Positions 9,019 through 17,898 of a stretch of 64,000 nt of DNA are shown here, piece after piece. The stretch's first letter is position 1. Each line of letters begins with the position of its first letter. A model generated the notes under the pieces. It saw nothing but the letters and a program-made list of their open reading frames with translations, did not search any database and was not told the origin of the DNA. Origin of the DNA: Pirellulales bacterium (GTDB taxonomy: Bacteria; Planctomycetota; Planctomycetia; Pirellulales; PALSA-1355); assembly GCA_963733035.1 (NCBI GenBank), contig CAVTBU010000005.1, positions 1,568,001-1,632,000 of the forward strand, in the 5' to 3' direction. Position numbers and translations under genes: made by a program.

Positions 9019-9540
9019 GAAAATCGCAACGGCTAGATCGAGGATTCGCCCCGGAAGAAGGCACCGTTGACACGAATTGACATGGTCCTGTGACGCTACC
9101 GCACACGCTCGTCCTGTTGACCTAACGTTGAGAACGGGCAAAAATCGTAACGGTTGAAGTCGTAGCATCACGAGCGACCGCGTGATCGACTCGCTGGTCG
9201 AATTACTCGCCGATGCGTGGCAGGCTCCAGCAAATTCGCAGCGGCAACGGTCCGGAGTCTATCGCCGTCTTGATTCGTCGCTGGCTCGGCCGAGGTGGAC
9301 GTTGAGCGCTGCACATCATGCTGCTGGGAAGGCCGCTGTCCAGGGCCGTCTCGATAGCTGCCCGGAATCTTGCGCCCGAGTTTTGCGCCGTCGGTCGACG
9401 GCAATTCCTGGCATCATTCGTGCCAGTCACCGCCTCAGCCTTGGCCCCCCCTTGACGGCGGCAATATACCGATGCTGCGCTGACCCCTGGCTGCCACCTT
9501 ATGACCTTCACCAGGAGCCGATCCGGCCTTACCGGATGCC

Positions 9541-10407
9541 TTAGTTGAAATAGCCGATTCCACAGACCAAGGGCCCCTGCTTACGCGTGCCCCTCGTGCA
9601 AAATCCAAGTGCTTCATCAACACGTGCTACTTCGGCTTCGTACCGGTTTTGTTGCTGCGACGCGCAGAGGTAACCCAGCAAACTCAGGCTTCCGAAACTG
9701 AGCAGCATAATCGAAGACGGCTCCGGAACGATTTGAGCCAGTCCGGTGAGCACAGCGATATCCCCGCCGCCAGAAAGCGAGAATCCTAGGGTCAGTGACA
9801 TGTTCATCCAAGCACCCACGGGACCCGCCTGGGGGCCTGCCGTGTAGGAGCCGTACGTGTAGAAAGCACCAGGGGACGCGGCGCCATGTGCGTTGGCCGG
9901 GCCAACGTCGACACCCATGTTTGTCAACGGAAGTGACAAGTCAGCAATTTGAATGTTTGGGCCAAGAGTCGGCGTAATGGAAACGCCGTTTCCGTTCACA
10001 TCGTTCAAGGCACCCGCGATCGAGGCATTCACGCTGTTCGCCGTTGGTGGAAATGCGATCGGCGTTGAGAAAAAGAATCCAAAAGCGCTGGGCGCTCCCA
10101 AATCTTGCACCGAGATTCCGTAGCTGATTTGTGGATCAGGATCGAGCTCGCCACTAATGCTTGCCGAGAATTCGCTATTCGAAAGATCGACACCAGAAAA
10201 CTGATTTGTATTCGGGTCGAACGTTCCCGCGCCCCAGTGGCCGCTGCCGGGATCGAATGCCAGCGGAATCACAAAGTCCTGCCCGTCGACCGACAGAGTT
10301 GCACTGGGTGTCACTTGAACTGGCACCGCTTGGCTGGCGCTGGACCCCAGAACAAGCGCAAAGATGAAAGCCATGCAAACGACGAGAAGTCGATTTCGTA
10401 GTGACAT
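9541..10407 (-). CDS. PEP-CTERM protein (canonical tail; probable 1-nt indel near the 3' end)
   Basis: Signal peptide from ATG 10407 and tail VPEPSSIMLLSFGSLSLLGY. Removing one base at 9669-9670 gives the expected basic end SARRSNKTGTKPK, with stop at 9627. Confidence 0.88.
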   Translation of the reverse strand: MSLRNRLLVVCMAFIFALVLGSSASQAVPVQVTPSATLSVDGQDFVIPLAFDPGSGHWGAGTFDPNTNQFSGVDLSNSEFSASISGELDPDPQISYGISVQDLGAPSAFGFFFSTPIAFPPTANSVNASIAGALNDVNGNGVSITPTLGPNIQIADLSLPLTNMGVDVGPANAHGAASPGAFYTYGSYTAGPQAGPVGAWMNMSLTLGFSLSGGGDIAVLTGLAQIVPEPSSIMLLSFGSLSLLGYLCASQQQNRYEAEVARVDEALGFCTRGTRKQGPLVCGIGYFN

Positions 10408-10594
10408 CACGAGCTGCTCTCCATTGCACCTTGTCTCGCCGCGACGAGCCAAGCTGGTCGGTTAATCTCAGCGTAAAGGACAAGAACACGGCCTACAACT
10501 GCGACAACTGGTTCAGCGTTTTCCTTGCGGCTTATATGCGGCAGCAAGCTATCCGCACAGACGCGAAAAACGAAAAACGTTCGCAACCAGCGGT

Positions 10595-10668
10595 AGCCTA
10601 GCAATCCAGTCGACAACCGTCAATCAAAATCAAAAGAAATCGCGAACTTATGATGACAGATGCCGTCA
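10595..10668 (-). promoter_or_regulatory. Sigma70-type promoter with upstream palindromic box
   Basis: TTGACG-N17-TAGGCT at 10623-10595. TGACA-N5-CGTCA at 10654-10668 lies 30 nt upstream of the -35 element. Confidence 0.75.
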
Positions 10669-10945
10669 TAGTAGCGTCGCAATTCGGTACTCAACTCGCG
10701 TGGCCGGCATCCCCGTGCCGCGCGGTGACATGGTCCATTGAACTTGGTGCTGGATATTCAGACTTGGCAGTCTACCTTCCGCCTATCACATTTAAGCTGC
10801 CGGTATGCGATCCTTGATAGCCGTGCAGCAAGAGGCTCAGAAAGCGATGCGATTGACGGGACAACAGACAGCGAATCGAAATAAGTCGGCCAGGGCAAAA
10901 CCTGGTGTTTGATCGAGACCGATCGCAGTTGTCTAGCCGGCCGTT

Positions 10946-11710
10946 CTACGCGATGCGCTTTCTTCGTCGGAATACCAGCAGGGCGAGCATGCCGAATAAC
11001 GCCAGCGCGATGCTGGTGGGCTCCGGGACGATAATTCCGAGCGATCCAGTGCCGGCGACATTGCCGGTACCAGCAGCGTGAAAGCCGGTGAGGTAGCCGC
11101 CGGCCGAGGTGACGCCCGTCAGGTTGGCGCTGGACATCGCGATCGTGATCGGCTGCGAGGGATCCCATTCCAAGTTGAACGGCAAATTCTGCGCGAACAG
11201 ATCGGTGGCGAAGCCGGCCACGGAGATCGCGATCTGGTTGCCCGTGTAGAAGAACTGCATGGTGTCGATGTTGAGTGCCAGACCCCAGCCAGGGGTCTGG
11301 TTTTCGGTCAGCAGATCGACGCCAAAAGCACCACCGTTGCCGGCGCTGTTGACGATGCTGCCGCCCGCCGCCGGAATGTTGAGCACGTCTTTGATGTAGA
11401 TGTCCGCAAAGACGTCGGTCGTTTCGGTTCCGACCAGCGTGCCGTCGAGGTAAAAGTTCATCGACGTCAGGGCATCGGACTGGGCCGGGTCGCCGATGCC
11501 CAGCGTATTGTGCGTCCCGGCATCGAAAATACTCGTACCGTCGTAATCGAGATTGAGACCGGTGAACTGGACCTCAAGCGTGCCGGCGCTGGCAGGACGG
11601 AAAGACAACAGAATCAGCGCGCATGCAGCGAAGCTCAAGCCAAGCTTCGCAAAACAACAATTCTTTCGCAGCACAGCAAGCCGCAAAGAGACATGATTCT
11701 TGGCATGCAT
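10946..11710 (-). CDS. PEP-CTERM protein (canonical tail)
   Basis: Tail VPEPTSIALALFGMLALLVFRRRKR, signal peptide ending RPASA, GGAG before ATG 11710. Confidence 0.9.
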   Translation of the reverse strand: MHAKNHVSLRLAVLRKNCCFAKLGLSFAACALILLSFRPASAGTLEVQFTGLNLDYDGTSIFDAGTHNTLGIGDPAQSDALTSMNFYLDGTLVGTETTDVFADIYIKDVLNIPAAGGSIVNSAGNGGAFGVDLLTENQTPGWGLALNIDTMQFFYTGNQIAISVAGFATDLFAQNLPFNLEWDPSQPITIAMSSANLTGVTSAGGYLTGFHAAGTGNVAGTGSLGIIVPEPTSIALALFGMLALLVFRRRKRIA

Positions 11711-11775
11711 GAAGCTACTCCAAAGTGGCTCAGCAAAGTGTTCGCGCGGACGCAGCGATGTTGACAACGAGCAGT

Positions 11776-11849
11776 AGCCTAAGTTCCCCCAGAGTGATTG
11801 TCAACCAAATTCAACAGAAATCGCGAACAAAGTGTGACAGGCATCGTCA
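11776..11849 (-). promoter_or_regulatory. Sigma70-type promoter with upstream palindromic box
   Basis: TTGACA-N17-TAGGCT at 11804-11776. TGACA-N5-CGTCA at 11835-11849 again lies exactly 30 nt upstream of the -35 element. Confidence 0.75.
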
Positions 11850-12159
11850 TAGTTCAGTGGCGTTACTGATTTGACGCTTGCGCGGCTCGATCCATCCAAT
11901 TCCTTTTGGACCTCAGGCCAGGCATTGCTTTCACTCCTCTCGCCGGCTTTTATCGGCCCGGAAGAAAGCCAAATCGCCACACTGCGATTTCGTTTCGAAC
12001 TACTCAAAAACCGCAAAATCACGGCATGTCATCAGTCGGTAATTTCCTTTCTGCACGCGAAGACGCGCACCGGAGGTTAACAAAACGAAAAGCTTTGTGC
12101 ACGAAGCCTTTATGTGAAAGGATATCGGCATCAGTCAGGTCTCCCCGAATTGCAGATTT

Positions 12160-12190
12160 TTTGTCAGGCGGGCCTCATCGGGGGCCTATA
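12160..12190 (+). promoter_or_regulatory. ECF-type promoter motif, copy 5
   Basis: TTTGTCAGG-N14-GGCCTATA, ending about 50 nt before TTG 12241. Confidence 0.72.
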
Positions 12191-12240
12191 GAGGGTTAAG
12201 AAGCATTGTATGGAGTCCAACATCCGGCTGGGAGCCGACT

Positions 12241-12804
12241 TTGAAACCGCATATTTTCGCTCTCTGGGCGTTTGCGATCGTGGGCAGTACTTGCTGCCGA
12301 GCGGCGATTGTGCCGCTTTCGGGCGGCCCGGTGCGGATAGCGCTCGTTGACGTGACGTCCATCTCAGGCTCAGAGAATGCTGGGTCGGCGCTTGCCAATG
12401 CGACGCTCGTTGATATTTTTTATGCCGAAGCGTCACAAGGCGAGGCGCAACTCACCGCGGGCATGCAGGTGTGGGTGTACAATAATTTCGGTCAGCAGGT
12501 TGGCACCGGCATCATCGTTCCCCGCCCAGACACACATGACGAGCGGAACCAGTTGGGTATCTTCGGCAAGTCCCCCTTGCCCAGCAGTTACTTCGAAAGT
12601 TTCCTGAGTTTGCTGACCTCGGCCGCTCCCGCGACAGGCGGTTCTGCCCCGCAGAGCCCGTTGATTGCTGCCGGTCCGTATGCGATTTCGGCCACGCCAC
12701 TCGCTGCTACCGTGCCAGAACCGGGCAGCTTGATGATCTGGTCTTCTCTGATCGCGAGCATCGGCGTGTTGAGCGCCCTAGTCCGCCGCCGACTTCGCCG
12801 CTGA
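12241..12804 (+). CDS. PEP-CTERM protein (Trp-type tail)
   Basis: Signal peptide from a TTG start preceded by GGGAG. Tail VPEPGSLMIWSSLIASIGVLSALVRRRLRR. Confidence 0.88.
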   Translation: MKPHIFALWAFAIVGSTCCRAAIVPLSGGPVRIALVDVTSISGSENAGSALANATLVDIFYAEASQGEAQLTAGMQVWVYNNFGQQVGTGIIVPRPDTHDERNQLGIFGKSPLPSSYFESFLSLLTSAAPATGGSAPQSPLIAAGPYAISATPLAATVPEPGSLMIWSSLIASIGVLSALVRRRLRR

Positions 12805-12865
12805 AATCAGCATCGGCTTGCCGTGAACTGAAAGAAGCCAGCCGTTTGGCGGTTTCGCGCTCCGT

Positions 12866-13428
12866 GGCCGTCGCTTCGCTGGTGGTCTTGGCCTGCCGGA
12901 TGCCGAGGATCTGGGCGATGACACGGCTCACTTCGGCCGGCGGGTAGAACTGTCCCTTGCTCTTGCCACTTTCGGTGGCGAAGTGCCACATCAGGTACTC
13001 GTAAGCGTCGCCCAGAATATCGTCGCCTTCGGCGCGATTTTTGGAGAAGTCGAGGACCTTGTTCTCGAAGATAGCGATCAGGTTGGTGAGCCGATCGACC
13101 ATCTCCTTCCCGCTACCCAGTTTCGTGGCATCGTTAAAGTCCGGCACGTTGGACAGCTGATTGGCCGCGGCCAGAGGGGCGATGATCTTCTTGTTGATCT
13201 GGTCGCCAATGTCGCTTCTTGCCCTTGAGCGCCACCATGTCCTTGAAACTGGCCCCTTTCGGGATCGTGATCGGGGCATACGGCTGGCCTGCGTACTTAT
13301 CGCTGATGTACTTCACGAACAACAGCACCAGCAAATAGTCCTTGTACTGGCTGGCGTCCATGCCCCCGCGCAGCTCATCGCACGAAGCCCAAAGATGAAG
13401 AGTAAAGCTCGGATTTCTTCAGGGCCAT
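12866..13428 (-). pseudogene. hsdM: Type I restriction-modification HsdM N-terminal fragment
   Basis: MALKKSELYSS/LWASCDELRGGMDASQYKDY...GDAYEYLM.HFATESGKSKGQFY.PAEVS, read across two frameshifts. Homology stops just before the DPxCGSG SAM-binding motif. Left end is approximate. Confidence 0.88.
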
Positions 13429-14165
13429 TGAGCGGGCTTTCCTGGCTAGGGATGGAGGAGACCACCTAGTTTAGCGGCCAAACAGGCGGGGAAATAGTGA
13501 TCGAAGGAGTGACGGCGAGCGGGCCCCTAAGAAGTCCTCCAGTTCGCCGCGATTTTCAAATCTCGGGCTCGTATTGATGTCGTATTTTCGACGTTCAAGC
13601 GCGATGTGAGTCGTGCCAGCGCCGTGCAACGACTGTCTGACGCGGACCAGTCTGGCTCGATCAGCCGCTGGTAAAATGCGCAAGAGAGACAGCTCCGAGC
13701 CACGCTAGACAAGTGGTGGAACATGCAGTCATATGGATTTTCGGGCTGGATTTACATGCTGGATCAGAGGAGGCGCGCGAAATTTGACTTTGAGAGTGCG
13801 CGGTCGTTAGATTGGCATTTGTGTCGAGAAATGACCGGTTTCGGCCTAACATATCCGGCGTTGCTCGTCATGGGATAGCCGCGTCTTATCGCGACCGCGA
13901 TAGGCACGGTTCCGTCGAGTTTTTGGTTAGACGTATCCAGAGCACTGCCGACGAGAGGCCTGAATACGTTACGGCTGTTGATTGACCGCGTATCACCTTG
14001 TGGTGACAAACACCAAGAAACTCCGACCGAAGCTGCAGTAGAGATAATCCAGAGCGCCGCTGATACCAAGGGGCCTGGACGAGTTGCGACGGCATTTCGC
14101 CTGCGCAGTTCGCCCAGGCCCCTTTTTTTTGATAAAGCCACCTTCACCACCTAGGAGACGATTAG

Positions 14166-14444
14166 ATGAACCAATCCGCCAATGAAACGCAGATTTCGCT
14201 AAATGAAACGCAGGCGTCGCTCCTCGACGTCAAAGCCCTTGCGAAACTGCTTCACTGTTCACCCAGGCACATACGTCGGCTGGTCGAGTTGGGTCGGATG
14301 CCGAAGCCAGTTCGCCTCGGTACTCTTGTTCGGTGGCCAAGGCCGGCGATTGAAGCCTGGATCGGCGAAGGATGCGAGCCGGTCCGAAAAGCCAATCCGA
14401 AAAGCACCAAGGTATCGGACGTCAATAAATCGACTGCGACATGA
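14166..14444 (+). CDS. AlpA/excisionase-family HTH protein
   Basis: LLDVKALAKLLHCSPRHIRRLVELGRMPKPVRLGTLVRWPRPAIEAWI, with an AGGAG RBS. Confidence 0.85.
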   Translation: MNQSANETQISLNETQASLLDVKALAKLLHCSPRHIRRLVELGRMPKPVRLGTLVRWPRPAIEAWIGEGCEPVRKANPKSTKVSDVNKSTAT

Positions 14445-14519
14445 CATCTACTGCCGCTTACCGTGTTGTTCGCGAATTACAAGGACCGTTAATTCAATCC
14501 AGGAAAGGAGTCCGCTGCT

Positions 14520-17426
14520 ATGGCAGCAAAGAACAGCGATCTCAACGAGCTGCGCGACCAGATCATCGCGTCCCTCGATATTCCATACGAGTACAGTCAG
14601 ATGGGCCTACGGCTCGCTTCCGACAAGCCGCGATCGAGCGGCAAGATGGAAGCGTATTCCATGACCCGCGACGAGCGCAAGCCTAGCGCGTGGATCGACG
14701 CGAACACCGGCATGTACGGTGACTCGGGCCCCGGCGGCGAGTCTGGCCTGTCGATCTTCGACTTTGCCATCAAGTACGGCGGGCACGTCGATTTCAAGTC
14801 CGCGTTCGCTCACTTCGCCGAAAAGGCCGGCGTCGACATCAAGAAAAAGAAACGCAAGCGGCGCGAGGAGAAGCCGGAGGACAAGCTCGAATTCCAGGAA
14901 TGGGACGACGGCAATGACATCCTCGCAACAATGTGGTGCGTCAAGCACAAGCAGGGCGTGACCCTCGAATCTGTCAAGGCGGCAGGCGGCAAGATCGCTT
15001 TCTATCCGTGCTGGAAGGACAAGGAAACCGGCGAGAGAAAACGCGGCTCGCACAAGTGTATCGCGGTCCCATGCTATGTCGATGACGTGGCATCCGCAGA
15101 GCCGGTCGCCTGGGTGCTGTACGACCTGCACAACCAAAAGTTCAAGGTGTTTCGCGGCGACGATCAAGAGCCCGACTACGTCAAGATGAAGTCCATCGGA
15201 CCCACGCGGGGCGCGATGATGGGTCGCGCGGGACTGGAACGGCTGGCCGGCGACCGCAACGGCATCGAGCTAGTCTGGAAAACCGCCGGCCCTAGCGACA
15301 TGCTCGCGTTGATGGCTGCGATTCCCGAGGATAAGCGGGGCTCGCACGTAGTCGTGTGCAATGCGAGCGGTGAGACCGGCGACGTACTGCCAAACAACAT
15401 CGACCTGTTCGTCGGGGTCAAGGCGGCTGTGCTGCACGACGCCGATGACGCTGGCGAACTCGGCGCCGTGAAGTGGTGCCTGCCGCTGCATTCCGTCAGC
15501 CAAGAGGTTCGTCACGTCCGCCTGCCGTACGACGTGACACAGAAGGGAGGCAAAGACTTCCGCGACTTCGTGGCGGAGGGGAATAACTACGACTCTCTGT
15601 TGACTCTCTACAACGCCGCGAAGCCCTACGAGCCACCCGCCGAACCAGGCCACGGCGACGGCAAGCCAGAAATCAGCATGGCCGCCGAGCGGCAGATTGT
15701 CGGGATGATCCAACTCGACGTGCTCGGCGAAACAGATCGCGGCGGCGTGAAGGTGTTCAGTGAGTTCCATCGCAAGGCTGACGTCATCACCGACATCGGT
15801 AGGCTGACGTTCGAGAACTTGGCTCGCATCGCTGGACCGCGCGTGCGTGAATGCGTGATGCTCAGTAGCCGCGACGAGAAGCCGGGAATGGTTCCGCTCC
15901 AGGCGGTCAAGAATGCCATCGCGCTACTGTCTGGCTACCGGCGGATCGGTGAGCAAACCGAACTCGGCGCCGGCTGCTGGTCGGGCATGACGGAGGAGGG
16001 CATTGCGTACCCATCGGTAGTGATGGTCAACAACGGCGAGGCCGCCGAGTGGAACGGCACGAAACAGCTTGAGCGAATCGACCACCCACGGTTTAAAGAA
16101 CAATTGCTCGACTTCGAGAGCGCTCAGAGACCGTGGTATCGTTTCGATCACCTTAAGCAGTGCATTGAAAACTGTGACCGGGATTTTGCCACAGACACAA
16201 TGAACGAAGCGATCCAGCTCTTCGACAAGTTTCGCTGGAAGCATTCTGCAGCGCCGTTCACGACAACCGGACTCGTGCTGGCTAGCTGGGTTCAGTCGCT
16301 TTGGGATTGGCGACCACAGATCGCGGTCATCGGTCCTTCAGCGTCGGGCAAAAGCACGCTTTTTGGAGTGCTCGCAAGAATCTTTGGCAACTTGGCACGG
16401 AAGTCGTCCAGCAGCTCGGCTGCAGGACTTAGACAGGTCATTAAGCGATCGAGCCAAGTGATCTTGTTCGACGAGTTTGAAAACAGCCAATATCGCAAAG
16501 AGGTCCTCGAAATGCTCCGAATGAGCAGCAGAGGCGACACGATGTTGCGAGGCACGACCAGCCACCAGGCCCAACAATTCCAACTCCGGCACATCGCCTG
16601 GGTCGCGGCAATCGAGGCAGGTCTCAACAAGACGCCCGACAGAAATCGGTTCATAATGCTTGAGCTGGAGCGACGAGGAACCCTGGTCAATGAGAAACTC
16701 GAATTGCCAAGCGCTAGAGAGCTAGCGAGTTTAGGCCAGCGGCTGCTTGCTGTCGCTGTTAGGTATGCGTTTAAAGCATGTCGACTAGCCAACCAACTTA
16801 AGGAGCACCGGATCACCGGGGTTGATGATCGAGTGATCGAAAACTACGCAGTACCCACCGCGATGCTATCGACGATAAAGGAGTTCAATTACGCTGACGC
16901 GGTGGCCCTTTTGACTGAGATGCTGCATGGCGCAGAAGAACAACATGAAAGAATGTCGGACGAGATGGACCTATTGGAGGACATCCTCAACTCGCGATTG
17001 GCGAACAGCCCAAGCCGACTAGCTATGTGGCAGTTGGTACAAATCGTCCTGACTTCAACTGCCATCTCGAACGTCACGGTGGACCAGGCCAAATCAGAAC
17101 TGGATACTGCCGGACTACGATTTTCCCAATTCACAAAGAACGACGCCCTTACATTGAAAAACATGGACCTAGAAGGTCAGAGATGCCTCATAATCAGCTG
17201 CAAGGCCGTCTCGCGTCATTTGCTGACAGACGACGCCTATGCCGGAGTGGATGTATCAGCGATTCTGAAACGATTGCCCGTTTCATTAGCGAGCCGCAGA
17301 CAAACGAACCTCGGCAATGACCGCTCATGTATAGTTGTCGGGCTGAATACACTCGCAGAGGCGAAGGATGAGTTGCTATTCGCTCCACAAGCATGCAGCG
17401 GAACAGTTGGAACACGCGTGGAATGA
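14520..17426 (+). CDS. Primase-helicase-like replication protein (TOPRIM plus P-loop NTPase)
   Basis: TOPRIM-like WKTAGPSD...HDADDAG...KDFRDF, Walker A GPSASGKST and Walker B ILFDEFE. AAGGAG RBS. Confidence 0.75.
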   Translation: MAAKNSDLNELRDQIIASLDIPYEYSQMGLRLASDKPRSSGKMEAYSMTRDERKPSAWIDANTGMYGDSGPGGESGLSIFDFAIKYGGHVDFKSAFAHFAEKAGVDIKKKKRKRREEKPEDKLEFQEWDDGNDILATMWCVKHKQGVTLESVKAAGGKIAFYPCWKDKETGERKRGSHKCIAVPCYVDDVASAEPVAWVLYDLHNQKFKVFRGDDQEPDYVKMKSIGPTRGAMMGRAGLERLAGDRNGIELVWKTAGPSDMLALMAAIPEDKRGSHVVVCNASGETGDVLPNNIDLFVGVKAAVLHDADDAGELGAVKWCLPLHSVSQEVRHVRLPYDVTQKGGKDFRDFVAEGNNYDSLLTLYNAAKPYEPPAEPGHGDGKPEISMAAERQIVGMIQLDVLGETDRGGVKVFSEFHRKADVITDIGRLTFENLARIAGPRVRECVMLSSRDEKPGMVPLQAVKNAIALLSGYRRIGEQTELGAGCWSGMTEEGIAYPSVVMVNNGEAAEWNGTKQLERIDHPRFKEQLLDFESAQRPWYRFDHLKQCIENCDRDFATDTMNEAIQLFDKFRWKHSAAPFTTTGLVLASWVQSLWDWRPQIAVIGPSASGKSTLFGVLARIFGNLARKSSSSSAAGLRQVIKRSSQVILFDEFENSQYRKEVLEMLRMSSRGDTMLRGTTSHQAQQFQLRHIAWVAAIEAGLNKTPDRNRFIMLELERRGTLVNEKLELPSARELASLGQRLLAVAVRYAFKACRLANQLKEHRITGVDDRVIENYAVPTAMLSTIKEFNYADAVALLTEMLHGAEEQHERMSDEMDLLEDILNSRLANSPSRLAMWQLVQIVLTSTAISNVTVDQAKSELDTAGLRFSQFTKNDALTLKNMDLEGQRCLIISCKAVSRHLLTDDAYAGVDVSAILKRLPVSLASRRQTNLGNDRSCIVVGLNTLAEAKDELLFAPQACSGTVGTRVE

Positions 17427-17607
17427 GTTGGCGTAAAGGTAATTCACTACGAGCACAAGGGTTAGTCGCTCTCACTCTATCAGTATTCCAAGGTTCCAGA
17501 TATTCCACGATGAAAGACTCCATTCGACTGATCAGGACGATCTCGACGCGTGAGAAAATCAGAGGAGAACTGTTGTACTGGTATGTTGGAATCTGGGAAT
17601 GCTGAAC
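17400..17607. repeat. Clusters of short GGAA(C/T) repeats, candidate replication origin
   Basis: Three forward copies at 17400-17424, three inverted at 17485-17507, two or three forward at 17587-17607. Confidence 0.5.
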
Positions 17608-17700
17608 AGCAAGAGTATTGACGTGTACTGCGACGAGTTTTTTATTGCGAGACTACTTGACACGATCGGAGGAGTGGGATAAAAATCTCACTAGGGCAAG

Positions 17701-17895
17701 ATGCTCTCAGATGTATTGCGAGACAAGATCGCCAGGAGCGGCATTCCGTTGCTGGTACTTGAGCGCGAGACCGGAGTTCAGCGGGCCTCGATCCGCCGGT
17801 TTCTCGATCGCAAACAATCGCTGCGGCTCGATGCCGCCGATAGGTTGGCGAAATACTTTGGTCTGACGCTGGTTCAATCCTCAAGGAAGAAATGA
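17701..17895 (+). CDS. Small XRE-like HTH protein
   Basis: 64 aa with LERETGVQRASIRRFL...LRLDAADRLAKYFGL. Ends 3 nt before the integrase start. Confidence 0.78.
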   Translation: MLSDVLRDKIARSGIPLLVLERETGVQRASIRRFLDRKQSLRLDAADRLAKYFGLTLVQSSRKK

Positions 17896-17898
17896 ACT

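Noticed and set aside
13430..13524. GAGCGGGC matches to the tRNA-Gly 3' end as the second att site
   Set aside because: Only 8 nt, at about 13430 and 13517. This is too short to separate from chance in GC-rich DNA.
13471..14150. Small ORFs between hsdM and the excisionase
   Set aside because: Overlapping short frames with no recognisable motif. They may be a decayed gene, but I cannot support a call.
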